From the NCBI RefSeq assembly GCF_001194135.2, contig NC_068998.1:37819104-37852370 (forward strand): a stretch of 33,267 nt of DNA, written 5' to 3'. The DNA is from Octopus bimaculoides (taxonomy: Eukaryota). The notes beneath the pieces were generated by a model. It was not told where the DNA came from, ran no database searches, and saw only the letters and a list, made by a program, of their open reading frames with translations. Positions within the stretch are counted from its first letter, which is position 1. Every line of letters starts with the position of its first letter. The position numbers and the translations under genes were made by a program. Positions 11,987 through 23,002 of this stretch are shown piece after piece.

Positions 11987-12087
11987 CGCGCGCGCGCGCG
12001 CGTGTGTGTGTGTGTATGTATGTATGTATGTATGTATGTATGTATGTATGTGTGTATGTATGTATGTATGTATGTATGTATGTATGT
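11987..12087. repeat. Compound (CG)8-(TG)n-(TATG)n microsatellite
   Basis: Directly visible; uninterrupted purine-pyrimidine alternation. Confidence 0.95.
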
Positions 12088-12799
12088 AGAAAAATGTTAC
12101 ACGGCAGGACAACGAAGAAATAAACGGAGAAAGGAAATATACACAAAGGACGTGGGTACGTTCACCCCTCATCAGTTATCGACCAAAAGTCATCACAATT
12201 TCGACGTCTTATCGATATTGATTGGAGTATTTGCAAATGTTGAATGGTGGAAGTGTGAATGAATAGTTTGTAGTTTTTGTTCGTATATGTTGGAAAAAAA
12301 TCTTTGACAATCCATTACACAGATCGACTGTCATTCAACCCTTCACCATCCGGGTTTCTTTTTTTTTTCTGCCATATTATATTCGGGAATATTTAATAAC
12401 GTATAGCAATATCAAGATGGATGGACATGATTTGAAAGGGGATTCACTGCAATTTTGGCATAACGACCGACCATGTGCAGGTTCTAGCACGGCCAAATTT
12501 AATCTTCCTCTTCCTCCACGTTTTTTCTTTTTTTCTACTCCACTCCCTCCTCTTTCTCCCCTTTCTGCCGCATCCACTTCCTCCGCCCTATTTTCCTCAT
12601 CTCTCTTCTCTTTTTCATTCTCTTCTCGCTGTTCCTCAGGCCCCTTTTCTTTTCCTTCATTTTCCTCTACACTGTCCTCTACTCCATCATCCTCCTCTTC
12701 CTCATCATTCCCCCTTTTCCCCATCGCCCTCCTTCCCTTCCTGTCTTCGTATTCATCTCCTTCTCCCCCCGCCCCTGCTTCTTCGCCTTCGTGTCTTCT

Positions 12800-12935
12800 T
12801 GTTGCTGTTGTTGTTGGTTGCTGATATTTTCGCCCTAGGTCAACTCTGGATCAAAGTAACATGTTTGATCTTATTGCTGGTGAAGCTGGCCTATGATCAG
12901 AGGCGTTCCTGACACGTTGACCATCCCGTCGTTTT
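12800..12935 (-). mobile_element. Retroposon 3' end with (CAA)n tail, unclassified
   Basis: Reverse complement GACGGGATGGTCAACGTGTCAGGAACGCCTCTGATCATAGG... ending in (CAA)n. Confidence 0.4.
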
Positions 12936-13145
12936 TTGGAGGGTTTGTTTGATTTATTTTCAGACAGGTATGCATAGTGTATCTAAGAGTATATTATCTA
13001 ATGTGTCCTTCCGGTGTTTCTGTTACCCTTTTGATACCACCCCGACTGAAATCGCCCCTGGTTTTATGATACAGACTCCTTCATTTAAAGCGATTTAAAT
13101 TAAATCCTTTCATTAATATTTCATGTTAATTTACGTTCAGAATTC

Positions 13146-13262
13146 GGCGGCGAGCTAGCATAACCGCTAGCAAACCAGGGGAAAAGGCTTAACGGCATTG
13201 TGTCAGTCTCTACATTTTGATTTCAAATTCCACCAAGATCAACTTTGCCTTTCATCCTTTCG
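13146..13262 (+). mobile_element. SINE family B, 5' portion
   Basis: GGCGGCGAGCTAGCATAACCGCTAGC...TTCAAATTCCACC...GCCTTTCATCCTTT. Confidence 0.7.
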
Positions 13263-13387
13263 TCAAAATTTGAAATACCGGCTTAATAAAGATAAAATTA
13301 TGTTAAATTATGAATTTTTTTTCTTTCCAGAAAATAATTTAAACAAAGACAGTATATTTCAACAGTGATATTATAACAAAAGGCTTC

Positions 13388-13758
13388 AGAAATACAGAAG
13401 TGGGAATCGGATTAATATTCCCGAACCCGAACTCGGAGAGTGCCCGTCCAACGGCGGGAACGTGGCGTGCTCCTAGCAGCACATCTGTCGTCGAAGCCGG
13501 CGGCCGGGCGAAGCAGCGGCAAAGCAAGCGAGCCAGGAGACGTTGCCGGGAGCCCCGGGAAGAGTTCTCTCTTCTTCGTAAAGAACCGCGTCCGTGGAAT
13601 CGGCTCGTTCGGAGATACGGATATGGTGCCTGTAGAGCGCCGCGTCTCGGGCGGCGTCCGGTGCGCTCTCGACGGCCCTGGAAAATCCGGGTCCGTAACT
13701 AAAGCCCTCTGTGTGTAACCCCTTGTGGGCAGTAAAGAAATAAGAAACACTCAAGTGG
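13388..13758 (+). mobile_element. Candidate 28S-derived retroposon: rRNA body, 48-nt non-rRNA tail and putative TSD
   Basis: Tail AAAGCCCTCTGTGTGTAACCCCTTGTGGGCAGTAAAGAAATAAGAAAC (13701-13748) ends in a short AAGAAAT-like repeat. Flanking direct repeats AGAAATACAGAAGTGG (13388-13403) and AGAAACACTCAAGTGG (13743-13758) are 13/16 identical. Confidence 0.55.
13398..13700 (+). rRNA. Dispersed 28S rRNA-derived fragment (D7 region, 5' part of 28S-beta); not a functional rRNA gene
   Basis: Conserved LSU blocks: GGGAATCGGATTAATATTCCCGAACC, GGGAGCCCCGGGAAGAGTTCTCTCTTCTT, GGCGGCGTCCGGTGCGCTCTCGACGGCCCTGGAAAATCCGGG, then TCCGTAACT (a block normally about 110 nt further 3'). Sharp GC-rich island in AT-rich DNA, with no other rDNA nearby. 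Confidence 0.9.
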
Positions 13759-14717
13759 TTGTTGCACAAGATATTGTTTTAAATTTAAGTCAATTTTTGG
13801 TTAAGCAAGATGTGATATGAAGGAAATCCCGTTGCTATTTCTAGCGGGTCGGGCGACTATTTAGAGAAAAAAATCATCGTTGGTTTGCTTGCATGCTTTT
13901 GCGTTTCGAGGTAAGTAACACTTATAGAGCACCAACACTGATCTCCCCAAAACACCTCAGATCCTTAGTTTTTATCTGTTTGTTTCTTTATCATTTTTCT
14001 TTTACTTTTTGCGATAGAGATTTTTATGTGTGGGTGGCTCTCTGTATGCTGTAGCATTCTCGCGCTTATGTTGGCCTATTTGCAATGTGAACTAAGGCAG
14101 CAAGACGTTGCTAGTGCTTTTCGGATTCCAGTTCTAAAATTTAGATGAATTGGTAATTTTCATTTCCTTTTTTTCACTTTTTGGAGAAAGGGGGATTTTC
14201 TTTGTAATTTCTATTTTTATTGGTATTTTTTTCTCCTTATATTTCCTAATTTCACCGGTAAATCAAACACGAGACGTTCCAAAATAACCTACATCCTCTT
14301 TTATGACAACTATTCTGAATATTGACTGGTTCTTGATAACCAAATATTGGTTTTCTTTTATGTAAGACGCGCGCGCACATACACACAAGCACACACACAT
14401 ATGCACACACACAAACACACACACGTGCGTGCACACACAAACATGCGCACCTATATGCATATATATACATAGACACGTGTACACAAAAAACTCAGTCAAG
14501 AACGCACGTACACACACACACACACATGCACACACAGACACACACATACACACACACACACACACACATGCACACACAGACACACACATACACACACACG
14601 CACACAAGTCGTGACGACATTCTTTCATCTACACCGCTCGACTCTACAGAAACGGATCAAAAGATTTTGTCAACCCATTCCATAATTGTCTTCTGTATTT
14701 TTTATTTTTTTATTTTG

Positions 14718-14791
14718 CTTTTCTTCTTCTTCTTCTGCTTCTTCTTCTTCTTCCTCTTCTTCTTCTTCTTCTTCTGCTTCTTCTTCTTCTG

Positions 14792-14822
<31 letters not shown>

Positions 14823-14905
14823 TTCTTCTTCTTCCTTCCTTCCTTCCTTCCTTCCGCCTTCTACCTTATCCATCCACCTTCGCTTTAGTTTTCTTCTCTT
14901 CTTCC
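14718..14905. repeat. (TTC)n/(TTCC)n polypyrimidine tract
   Basis: Directly visible; explains the poly-S and poly-E ORFs. Confidence 0.95.
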
Positions 14906-15336
14906 TTCCGTCCACCCCTCCCTGCTCTCTATACCTTGTGAGATTTTGTATGTATTTTTTTTTTTGCATTTTTTTATTTTTAAATTTTTATTTTTTTCTG
15001 TTTGCGGCCCGTAAGACTTGCAAACACAATATTTATCCCAGGGCATTACACTATGGCAAACAAATATTTCTGACATGGCTCTGTGAAGGTGAACTGCAGG
15101 ATTATCGAAATTCTTGCCAGCCCGTGGCGGTTTACTTCTCTAAATACTGAAAAGCTAGTCAACTCTGGTTCTGCTTAAAATTCAAGGGACGGGGTGTAAA
15201 ATAACCAACTGAAGAAGCAGTGTTTATACTCAGAGTACACGGCGAGTAAAGATAGACTTAGAGCATGGGAGAGGGGGAGCTTTGGCTATTAGTGGTTTTA
15301 TTTAACATACTACTACTGTTGTTATTACGATTAATG

Positions 15337-15526
15337 ATGGCTTCACATTTTTGCACACGTCCATCAGTTTCATGGACCCCAGTATTCATCTGCTACTTAT
15401 TTTATCGAGACCGAAAGAATGAAAAACAAAGTCGACCTAGGCGGAATTTGATCCCAGAACGTAAAGACGAACGTAATGTCGCTAAGCATTTTTCCCGGAG
15501 TGCTAACAATTCTGCCACCTCACCGA
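15337..15526 (-). mobile_element. SINE family B
   Basis: Reverse complement matches the 4565-4786 head and core. Confidence 0.75.
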
Positions 15527-15538
15527 CTTTGTTACGAC

Positions 15539-15604
<66 letters not shown>

Positions 15605-15626
15605 TGATGATTTCAANNNNNNNNNN

Positions 15627-15658
<32 letters not shown>

Positions 15659-15662
15659 TGAT
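15539..15662. repeat. (AAT)n-(ATG)n microsatellite spanning a 10-N gap
   Basis: Directly visible; the ATGATGATGATTTCAA junction appears on both sides of the gap, suggesting assembly overlap. Confidence 0.9.
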
Positions 15663-15874
15663 GATTTCAAATTCTAACACAAGGCAAGCCATTTCAGAGT
15701 AAGGAGTTAATTCGATTACATCGACCCCAGTACTCAACTGGTACTTATTTTATCAACCACGAGAGGAAGACAAGCAAAGAGACTTAGACGGAATGTGAAC
15801 TCAGAATGTAAAGACGGACTAAATGCCGCTATGCATTATGTCCGGCATGATAACGGTTCTGCCAGTTCGCCGCC
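15663..15874 (-). mobile_element. SINE family B
   Basis: Reverse complement begins GGCGGCGAACTGGCAGAACCGTTATC; core and tail present. Confidence 0.8.
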
Positions 15875-15892
15875 TTAAAAATGATAATCCTT

Positions 15893-16101
15893 TCTGCTGT
15901 AGGCACAGAACCTGAAATTTTTTGGGACGGGGTCTAATCGATTACTTCTACCCCAGTACATGACTGGTATTTATTTCATCGACTCCGAAAGGATGAAAGA
16001 CAAAGTCGACCTCAGCAGCATTTGAACTCAGAAAATATATCCGGAACAAAAATTACTAAGCATTTTGTCCGGCGTGATAACGATTCCACCAGCTTGCCTG
16101 C
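15893..16101 (-). mobile_element. SINE family B (variant tail)
   Basis: Head and core match the other copies. Confidence 0.75.
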
Positions 16102-16198
16102 TGACACGGTTACTCATGCTACACTTTGGGCAAAGGAGGGAGAGAGCTATGACTAATAATGTTTCAGTTTATTTTATTTCTGTTATTACTACTGTGAA

Positions 16199-16586
16199 GG
16201 CGCAATGGCCTAATGGTTAGCGCAGCGGACTCGCGGTCATAGGATCGCGGTTTCGATGTCCAAACCGGGCGTTGTGAGTGTTTATTGAGCGAAAGCACCT
16301 AAAAGCTCCACGAGGCTCCGGCAGGGGATGGTGGCGAACCCTGCTGTACTCTTTCACCACAACTTTCTCTCACTCTTACTTCCTGTTTCTGTTGTGCCTG
16401 TAATTCAAAGGGTCAGCCTTGTCACACTGTGTCACGCTGAATATCCCCGAGAACTACGTTAAGGGCACACGTGTCTGTGGAGTGCTCAGCCACTTGCACG
16501 TCACTTTCACGAGCAGGCTGTTCTGTTGATCGGATCAACTCGAACCCTCGACGTCGTAAACGACGGAGTGCCAACAAAAACAAAAC
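16199..16586 (+). mobile_element. tRNA-derived SINE, family A (Arg-like head), full length
   Basis: A box TGGCCTAATGG, B box GGTTTCGATGTCC and a CAA-rich tail. Closely similar copies at 17687-18062 and 21471-21805. Confidence 0.85.
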
Positions 16587-16699
16587 AGCTATTACTATTT
16601 CTACTACTACTGTTGCTGCTGTGCTGCTACTACTACTACTATTACAAATGATGATGATGATGATGATGATGATATTTTTACTGCTACAAATAATGATTC

Positions 16700-16802
16700 T
16701 TTCCACTATAAGCACCAGGCTTGACGTTGGCGGGGGCGGAGGGGGCGCCTAGTCAATTACATCGACTCCAATGCTCAACTGGTACTAATTTTATCGACCC
16801 TT
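16700..16802 (-). mobile_element. SINE family B, 3' portion
   Basis: ATTACATCGACTCCAATGCTCAACTGGTACTAATTTTATCGACCC core. Confidence 0.65.
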
Positions 16803-17686
16803 TCAGGCGGATTGTTGTGACCTCGGCCACGTATACGCCATTGAAACAGGCTAACCAGCCGTATGAGTTTTAAAGCTCAAGAAAAAAAACAAATACATAT
16901 AGTCAAACCCCACTTGGACGCGTAAATAACAGACAGCTACTTATCTTTGTTTCAATAGATGCGTGGTTCGTGTTCTGCTGGTAACTTTCCCGTCTAAGGG
17001 GATTTTAACTCCATGCATTATCAGCTAGTTTATAGCTGAATTGGTATTCGAGATACATCGTTTACAGGAGACTTATTTAAATTTAATATATTTTTATCAT
17101 TAATTCTCTTTATGATTTAGAAGCCTAATGCATCTATTTTTCTTTATCGTTGTCAGTCAAAAGATTTTATTATAAATATTGATTTTTAAAAAATGTTAAA
17201 TAATTACTTAATTTTTTTTTTCTTTTTTTTTTTTTGAGACATGTAAAGGCTGTTTATTCATCTCAATATCATTCTAAAGCTGACTTGAAAACTAGGGTAA
17301 CGAATAGTAGAAAAATCAGCTGCAAATCTATTTCTAGAACTTCAAAATAGAATCACAGTTTGTATCTGTAATNNNNNNNNNNNNNNNNNNNNNNNNNNNN
17401 NNNNNNNNNNNNNNNNNNNNNNNNNNNNNNNNNNNNNNNNNNNNNNNNNNNNNNNNNNNNNNNNNNNNNNNNNNNNNNNNNNNNNNNNNNNNNNNNNNNN
17501 NNNNNNNNNNNNNNNNNNNNNNNNNNNNNNNNNNNNNNNNNNNNNNNNNNNNNNNNNNNNNNNNNNNNNNNNNNNNNNNNNNNNNNNNNNNNNNNNNNNN
17601 NNNNNNNNNNNNNNNNNNNNNNNNNNNNNNNNNNNNNNNNNNNNNNNNNNNNNNNNNNNNNNNNNNNNNNNNNNNNNNNNNNNNNN

Positions 17687-18062
17687 GGCATTCCGTCGCT
17701 TATGACGTCGAGGGTTCCAGTTGATCCGATCAACGGAACAGCCTGCTCGTGAAATTAACGTGCAAGTGGCTGAGCACTCCACAGACACGTGTACCCTTAA
17801 CATAGTTCTCGGGGATATTCAGCCTGACACAGTGTGACAAGGCTGGCCCTTCTAATTACAGGCACAACAGAAACAGGAAGTAAGAGTGAGAGAAAGTTGT
17901 GGTGAAAGAGTACAGCAGGGTTTACCACCATCCCCTGCCGGAGCCTCGTGGAGTTTTAGGTGTTTTCGCTCAATAAACACTCACAACGCCCGGTCTGGGA
18001 ATCGAAACCGCGATGCTATGATCGCGAGTCCGCTGCCCTAACCACTGGGCCATTGTGTCTCC
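17687..18062 (-). mobile_element. SINE family A copy
   Basis: Reverse complement aligns with 16199-16570 along its length. Confidence 0.85.
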
Positions 18063-18610
18063 ACCATGATATATACTTCTTGACCATTTAACTTTCCAAA
18101 GTATTCTCATAAATTTATCCTAAACGTCCATGCTTGTTTACAGACTTTTAGGTAGGCCTTGTTTAATACGTTCTGAGTAATACGAAGCTTACCACTAGTT
18201 AATATGGCGGCTGAAAAAATTGGTAATGTATATGATATATGATGCATGGACGCCAGTGAAATATGTCCGGTATATCACATGTGATACACAGGACAGGCAA
18301 ATGGTTAACCTATTTCTATATCAGATTCCTGGTGTTGTTTATAAACACACTATATTGTTACTTAGCATAAGGCATTTATATCATTACTAGCAGCAATATC
18401 CGCCCTTGTCCGCATTTATTAATACCTAAATTAATAAACAGACTCAATTGAATACAGGATATTTTGTATAAATTGCTTTTAAAATATGCTAACAATCTCG
18501 AGTCTTTTAGAAAAAAATTACAAACTTCTTGGTTCACTCAAACCTGCTGCAATTAGACAATTCGGGGAATTGGTTCAAATTTCATCTCAATGATTATTCA
18601 CAACAAAAAA

Positions 18611-18722
18611 GGCTGTGAGCTAGTAGAATCGTCACCTCGCCGGCCAAAATGCTTAGCGGCATTTCTTCTGACTTTACGTTTTTTGTTGAGTTCAAATTCC
18701 GCTGAAGTTGACTTCACTTTTT
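18611..18722 (+). mobile_element. SINE family B, 5' portion (runs into gap)
   Basis: AAAATGCTTAGCGGCATTTC...GAGTTCAAATTCCGC. Confidence 0.7.
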
Positions 18723-19395
18723 NNNNNNNNNNNNNNNNNNNNNNNNNNNNNNNNNNNNNNNNNNNNNNNNNNNNNNNNNNNNNNNNNNNNNNNNNNNNNN
18801 NNNNNNNNNNNNNNNNNNNNNNNNNNNNNNNNNNNNNNNNNNNNNNNNNNNNNNNNNNNNNNNNNNNNNNNNNNNNNNNNNNNNNNNNNNNNNNNNNNNN
18901 NNNNNNNNNNNNNNNNNNNNNNNNNNNNNNNNNNNNNNNNNNNNNNNNNNNNNNNNNNNNNNNNNNNNNNNNNNNNNNNNNNNNNNNNNNNNNNNNNNNN
19001 NNNNNNNNNNNNNNNNNNNNNNNNNNNNNNNNNNNNNNNNNNNNNNNNNNNNNNNNNNNNNNNNNNNNNNNNNNNNNNNNNNNNNNNNNNNNNNNNNNNN
19101 NNNNNNNNNNNNNNNNNNNNNNNNNNNNNNNNNNNNNNNNNNNNNNNNNNNNNNNNNNNNNNNNNNNNNNNNNNNNNNNNNNNNNNNNNNNNNNNNNNNN
19201 NNNNNNNNNNNNNNNNNNNNNNNNNNNNNNNNNNNNNNNNNNNNNNNNNNNNNNNNNNNNNNNNNNNNNNNNNNNNNNNNNNNNNNNNNNNNNNNNNNNN
19301 NNNNNNNNNNNNNNNNNNNNNNNNNNNNNNNNNNNNNNNNNNNNNNNNNNNNNNNNNNNNNNNNNNNNNNNNNNNNNNNNNNNNNNNNNNNNNNN

Positions 19396-19703
19396 GGCCG
19401 ACCAAAGCCTTTTGAGTGGATTTGGTAGACGGAAACTGAAAGAAGTCCGTCGTATATATGTATATACATATGTATGTGTGTGTGTCTGTGTGTGTGTATG
19501 TTTGTGTGTCTGTGTTTGTCCCCCCTAGCATTGCTTGACAACCGATGCTGGTGTGTTTGCGTCCTCGTAACTTAGCGGCTCGGCAAAAGAGACCGATAGA
19601 ATAAGTACTAGGCTTACAAAGAATAAGCTCTTGGGTCGATTTGCTCGACTATAAAGGCGGTGCTCCAGCATGGCCGCAGTCAAACGACTGAAACAAGTAA
19701 AAG
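19396..19703 (+). mobile_element. SINE family C (5' end in gap)
   Basis: Aligns to the reverse complement of 9530-9835. Confidence 0.85.
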
Positions 19704-19714
19704 ACTATACATAT

Positions 19715-19940
19715 ATAAATACATACATTCATTCATACATACATACGTACGTATGTTCATACATTCATATATACATACATACATGTTTATGCACAGGCCT
19801 GCATACATATTATAAAAATATACATACATACATACATACATACATACATACATGCATAAATACATACATACATAAATACATACATACATACATACATACA
19901 TACATACATACATACATACATACATACATACATACATACG
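19715..19940. repeat. (TACA)n microsatellite
   Basis: Directly visible. Confidence 0.95.
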
Positions 19941-20224
19941 TACACGATAGATGCCCAGAATCGCCATTTCTGAAAATTACACCTTTTTATTTTAGTTTAT
20001 ATATTCTGCAGTGACTCTTGAGCCCTGCTAACGACCTGCAGTTTTCATTAAAATTATGACATCCACGTGTTTTGTTTCACTTGGACGTATGCTGTAATAT
20101 CGTTGTTGTGGAATTCTGAATAACCAGTGACACCTGATTTATTCTTGCAGTACTTTCCTATATTCTACACCCATGTAAAAGACACCACTTACTTATATTG
20201 ATCATAATCACACCCTACGCTTGT

Positions 20225-20500
20225 TCATTCTCCCTATATGGTTCGGTTCCTCTTATGACTTGAAAGACCGGCATGCGAAAAGCCAAATGTAACAGCACAC
20301 GTCACAATTATACTCCTGAAGTGTATTTTCCTCCATTAACTCCGTCTTTCTGGCAGTTCATCTCATCTTAACATGCTGTAACATTTGATCCTGAAATCAA
20401 CCTTAATTATTGCTTGTCAAATAGATCAATTACATCCCACTTTCCCTTTTGAGATATTTGAAGGCAGCCAGTGAAGTGCAAGCATGTAATGACGCATTTG
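20225..20500 (-). mobile_element. Possible second, highly decayed RTE C-terminal remnant
   Basis: Minus strand gives ...HVKMR*TARK...EYNCDVC...(frameshift)HAGLSSHKR, resembling the RTE terminal CxxC...GLxSHxR motif. Confidence 0.4.
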
Positions 20501-20574
20501 TTTACGTCGCTACTCTAGTAAATCTTCACGTACATCGTTAGTTATTTAGACCTGTATACGTTCTACAGCTTTCT

Positions 20575-20830
20575 TTTTCTTTTTCCTTTTTTTTTTCTTT
20601 TACTTGTTTCAATCAGTGGACTACGGCCATGCTAGGGCACTGCCATGAAAGGGCTTAATCAAACAAATCCACACCAGCACTTCTTTTTTTTTTTTTTTGG
20701 TCTTTTAAATATNNNNNNNNNNACTTGTTGTATATCCCTTTTGCCAGGCTGCTAAGGTATAAGGACGTAAACAAACCAACACCGGTCGTCAATGGTGGTG
20801 GGAGCAAACAAATAAACAAGCACACACACA
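20575..20830 (-). mobile_element. SINE family C, diverged 3' portion
   Basis: TACTTGTTTCAATCAGTGGACTACGGCCATGCTAGGGCAC and GGACGTAAACAAACCAACACCGG match the family C tail. Confidence 0.6.
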
Positions 20831-20882
20831 CACAAACACGCACACATGTATGTACATATATTTGTAGTTCACATACTACATG

Positions 20883-20883
20883 T

Positions 20884-20924
<41 letters not shown>
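20883..20924. repeat. (ATG)n microsatellite
   Basis: Directly visible. Confidence 0.95.
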
Positions 20925-21227
20925 AACACTTCTCCCCAACATATACGCAATACCCACATATCTCAGTTGACCTTTGGATTAGTAAAAGAGAAAAACATCC
21001 TTCTGTGGTTCATCCACTAATGCCATATAGCCTGAAGAAATGAATCAATGATGATGATCAACCGGATGCCCAAGGGTACTACGGACTACACTGTAATCAT
21101 CCCAGGAATACGGACTGTGATCTTATAAGTCATGTGATTTGTGGAAACGCGCGTAGCGATGCATTAAATGTTTATAAATTCCTTTCTATGATTATTTTTA
21201 TTATTATTATATTTATCCTACATTATA

Positions 21228-21470
21228 TTGGGGAGCACCAAGGAAGCGTTACAAGGACTGCCTTAGCGTTTGTGACATCGATTATCGTATCTTGATTAGT
21301 CCACTCTAACAGCTGACCGCGTCGCTTGGCGCCACACCATCAGCGATGTTGTTTCCTCCTATGTGCATCTCTCGAAGATAAACGTCAGCGGCGAAAAAAT
21401 AATGCAGCTGCATCATCAGACCCTGAACAACCATACGCCTGTCATCACTGTAATCAGATATGTCGATCCC
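21228..21470 (+). mobile_element. RTE-clade LINE ORF2 C-terminal remnant
   Basis: Frameshifted GAPRKRYKDCL...TADRVAWRHTI...LEDKRQRRK...YACHHCNQICRSR matches the RTE C-terminal pattern (KRYKD, DR.xWR, KRQRRK, CxxC). It is cut by a family A SINE at 21471. Confidence 0.7.
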
Positions 21471-21805
21471 GTTGTTGGCACTCCGTCGCTTACGACCTCG
21501 AGGGTTCCAGTTGATCCGATCAACGGAACAGCCTGCTTGTGAAATTAACGTGCAAGGGGCTGAGCACTCCACAGGCACGTGTACCCTTAACGTAGTTCTC
21601 GAGGATATTCAGCGTGACACAGTGTGACAAGGCTGACCCTTTGAATTACAGGCACAACAGAAACAGGAAGTAAGAGTGAGAGAAAGTTGTGGTGAAAGAG
21701 TACAGCAGGGTTCGCCACCATCCCCTGCCGGAGCTTTAGGTGTTTTCGCTCAATAAACACTCACAACGCCCGGTCTGGGAATCGAAACTGCGATCCTATG
21801 ACCGC
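21471..21805 (-). mobile_element. SINE family A copy (5' end in gap)
   Basis: Reverse complement aligns with 16240-16575. Confidence 0.85.
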
Positions 21806-22679
21806 NNNNNNNNNNNNNNNNNNNNNNNNNNNNNNNNNNNNNNNNNNNNNNNNNNNNNNNNNNNNNNNNNNNNNNNNNNNNNNNNNNNNNNNNNNNNNNN
21901 NNNNNNNNNNNNNNNNNNNNNNNNNNNNNNNNNNNNNNNNNNNNNNNNNNNNNNNNNNNNNNNNNNNNNNNNNNNNNNNNNNNNNNNNNNNNNNNNNNNN
22001 NNNNNNNNNNNNNNNNNNNNNNNNNNNNNNNNNNNNNNNNNNNNNNNNNNNNNNNNNNNNNNNNNNNNNNNNNNNNNNNNNNNNNNNNNNNNNNNNNNNN
22101 NNNNNNNNNNNNNNNNNNNNNNNNNNNNNNNNNNNNNNNNNNNNNNNNNNNNNNNNNNNNNNNNNNNNNNNNNNNNNNNNNNNNNNNNNNNNNNNNNNNN
22201 NNNNNNNNNNNNNNNNNNNNNNNNNNNNNNNNNNNNNNNNNNNNNNNNNNNNNNNNNNNNNNNNNNNNNNNNNNNNNNNNNNNNNNNNNNNNNNNNNNNN
22301 NNNNNNNNNNNNNNNNNNNNNNNNNNNNNNNNNNNNNNNNNNNNNNNNNNNNNNNNNNNNNNNNNNNNNNNNNNNNNNNNNNNNNNNNNNNNNNNNNNNN
22401 NNNNNNNNNNNNNNNNNNNNNNNNNNNNNNNNNNNNNNNNNNNNNNNNNNNNNNNNNNNNNNNNNNNNNNNNNNNNNNNNNNNNNNNNNNNNNNNNNNNN
22501 NNNNNNNNNNNNNNNNNNNNNNNNNNNNNNNNNNNNNNNNNNNNNNNNNNNNNNNNNNNNNNNNNNNNNNNNNNNNNNNNNNNNNNNNNNNNNNNNNNNN
22601 NNNNNNNNNNNNNNNNNNNNNNNNNNNNNNNNNNNNNNNNNNNNNNNNNNNNNNNNNNNNNNNNNNNNNNNNNNNNNNN

Positions 22680-22711
<32 letters not shown>

Positions 22712-22791
22712 TGGTACACACGCACATATACATACATGCAAGCACACAGACACATACAAGCATAAATGCATACATACATCTTTATACATTA

Positions 22792-23002
22792 CTTTCAAAT
22801 TTTGGCACAAGGCTAGCAATTTTGGAGTAATGGATAATCGATTACATCAAGCCCCAATGTTCAACTGGTATTTATTTTATCGAATCCCGAAAGAATGAAA
22901 GGCAAAGTTGATCCCAGCAGCCTTTGAATTCTAAACGTAAAGTCGGAAGATTTGCCGATAAACACTTTGTCCGGCACGGTAGCAATTCTGCCAGCTAGCC
23001 GC
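22792..23002 (-). mobile_element. SINE family B
   Basis: Head, core and tail recognisable in the reverse complement. Confidence 0.8.

Noticed and set aside
12377-12912. Acidic and Ser/Pro-rich ORFs (also 14670-15150)
   Set aside because: They derive from degenerate polypyrimidine tracts, with no domain signature or clear splice sites.
13398-13700. Functional rDNA unit or an R2-type insertion site
   Set aside because: Only about 300 nt with an apparent deletion and no flanking 18S, 5.8S or remaining 28S. The R2 target (AAGGTAGCCAAATG) is not included.
13339-13769. Five overlapping GC-rich ORFs of 62-112 aa
   Set aside because: They are stop-poor by-products of the GC-rich 28S-derived sequence.
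13908-13918. Consensus donor GAG|GTAAGT on the plus strand
   Set aside because: Upstream sequence resembles a short dispersed repeat (similar at about 2935-3003 and 12425-12485), with no open exon or acceptor.
16199-16275. tRNA-Arg-like gene (and similar heads of families B-D)
   Set aside because: No proper cloverleaf or terminator; it continues into a multi-copy SINE body.
18386-18415. Helitron-like 3' end (minus strand ...GCTGCTAG|T), and a similar motif at 26060-26087
   Set aside because: The hairpins are weak, the second ends TTAG rather than CTAG, and no 5' end or Rep/helicase sequence was found.
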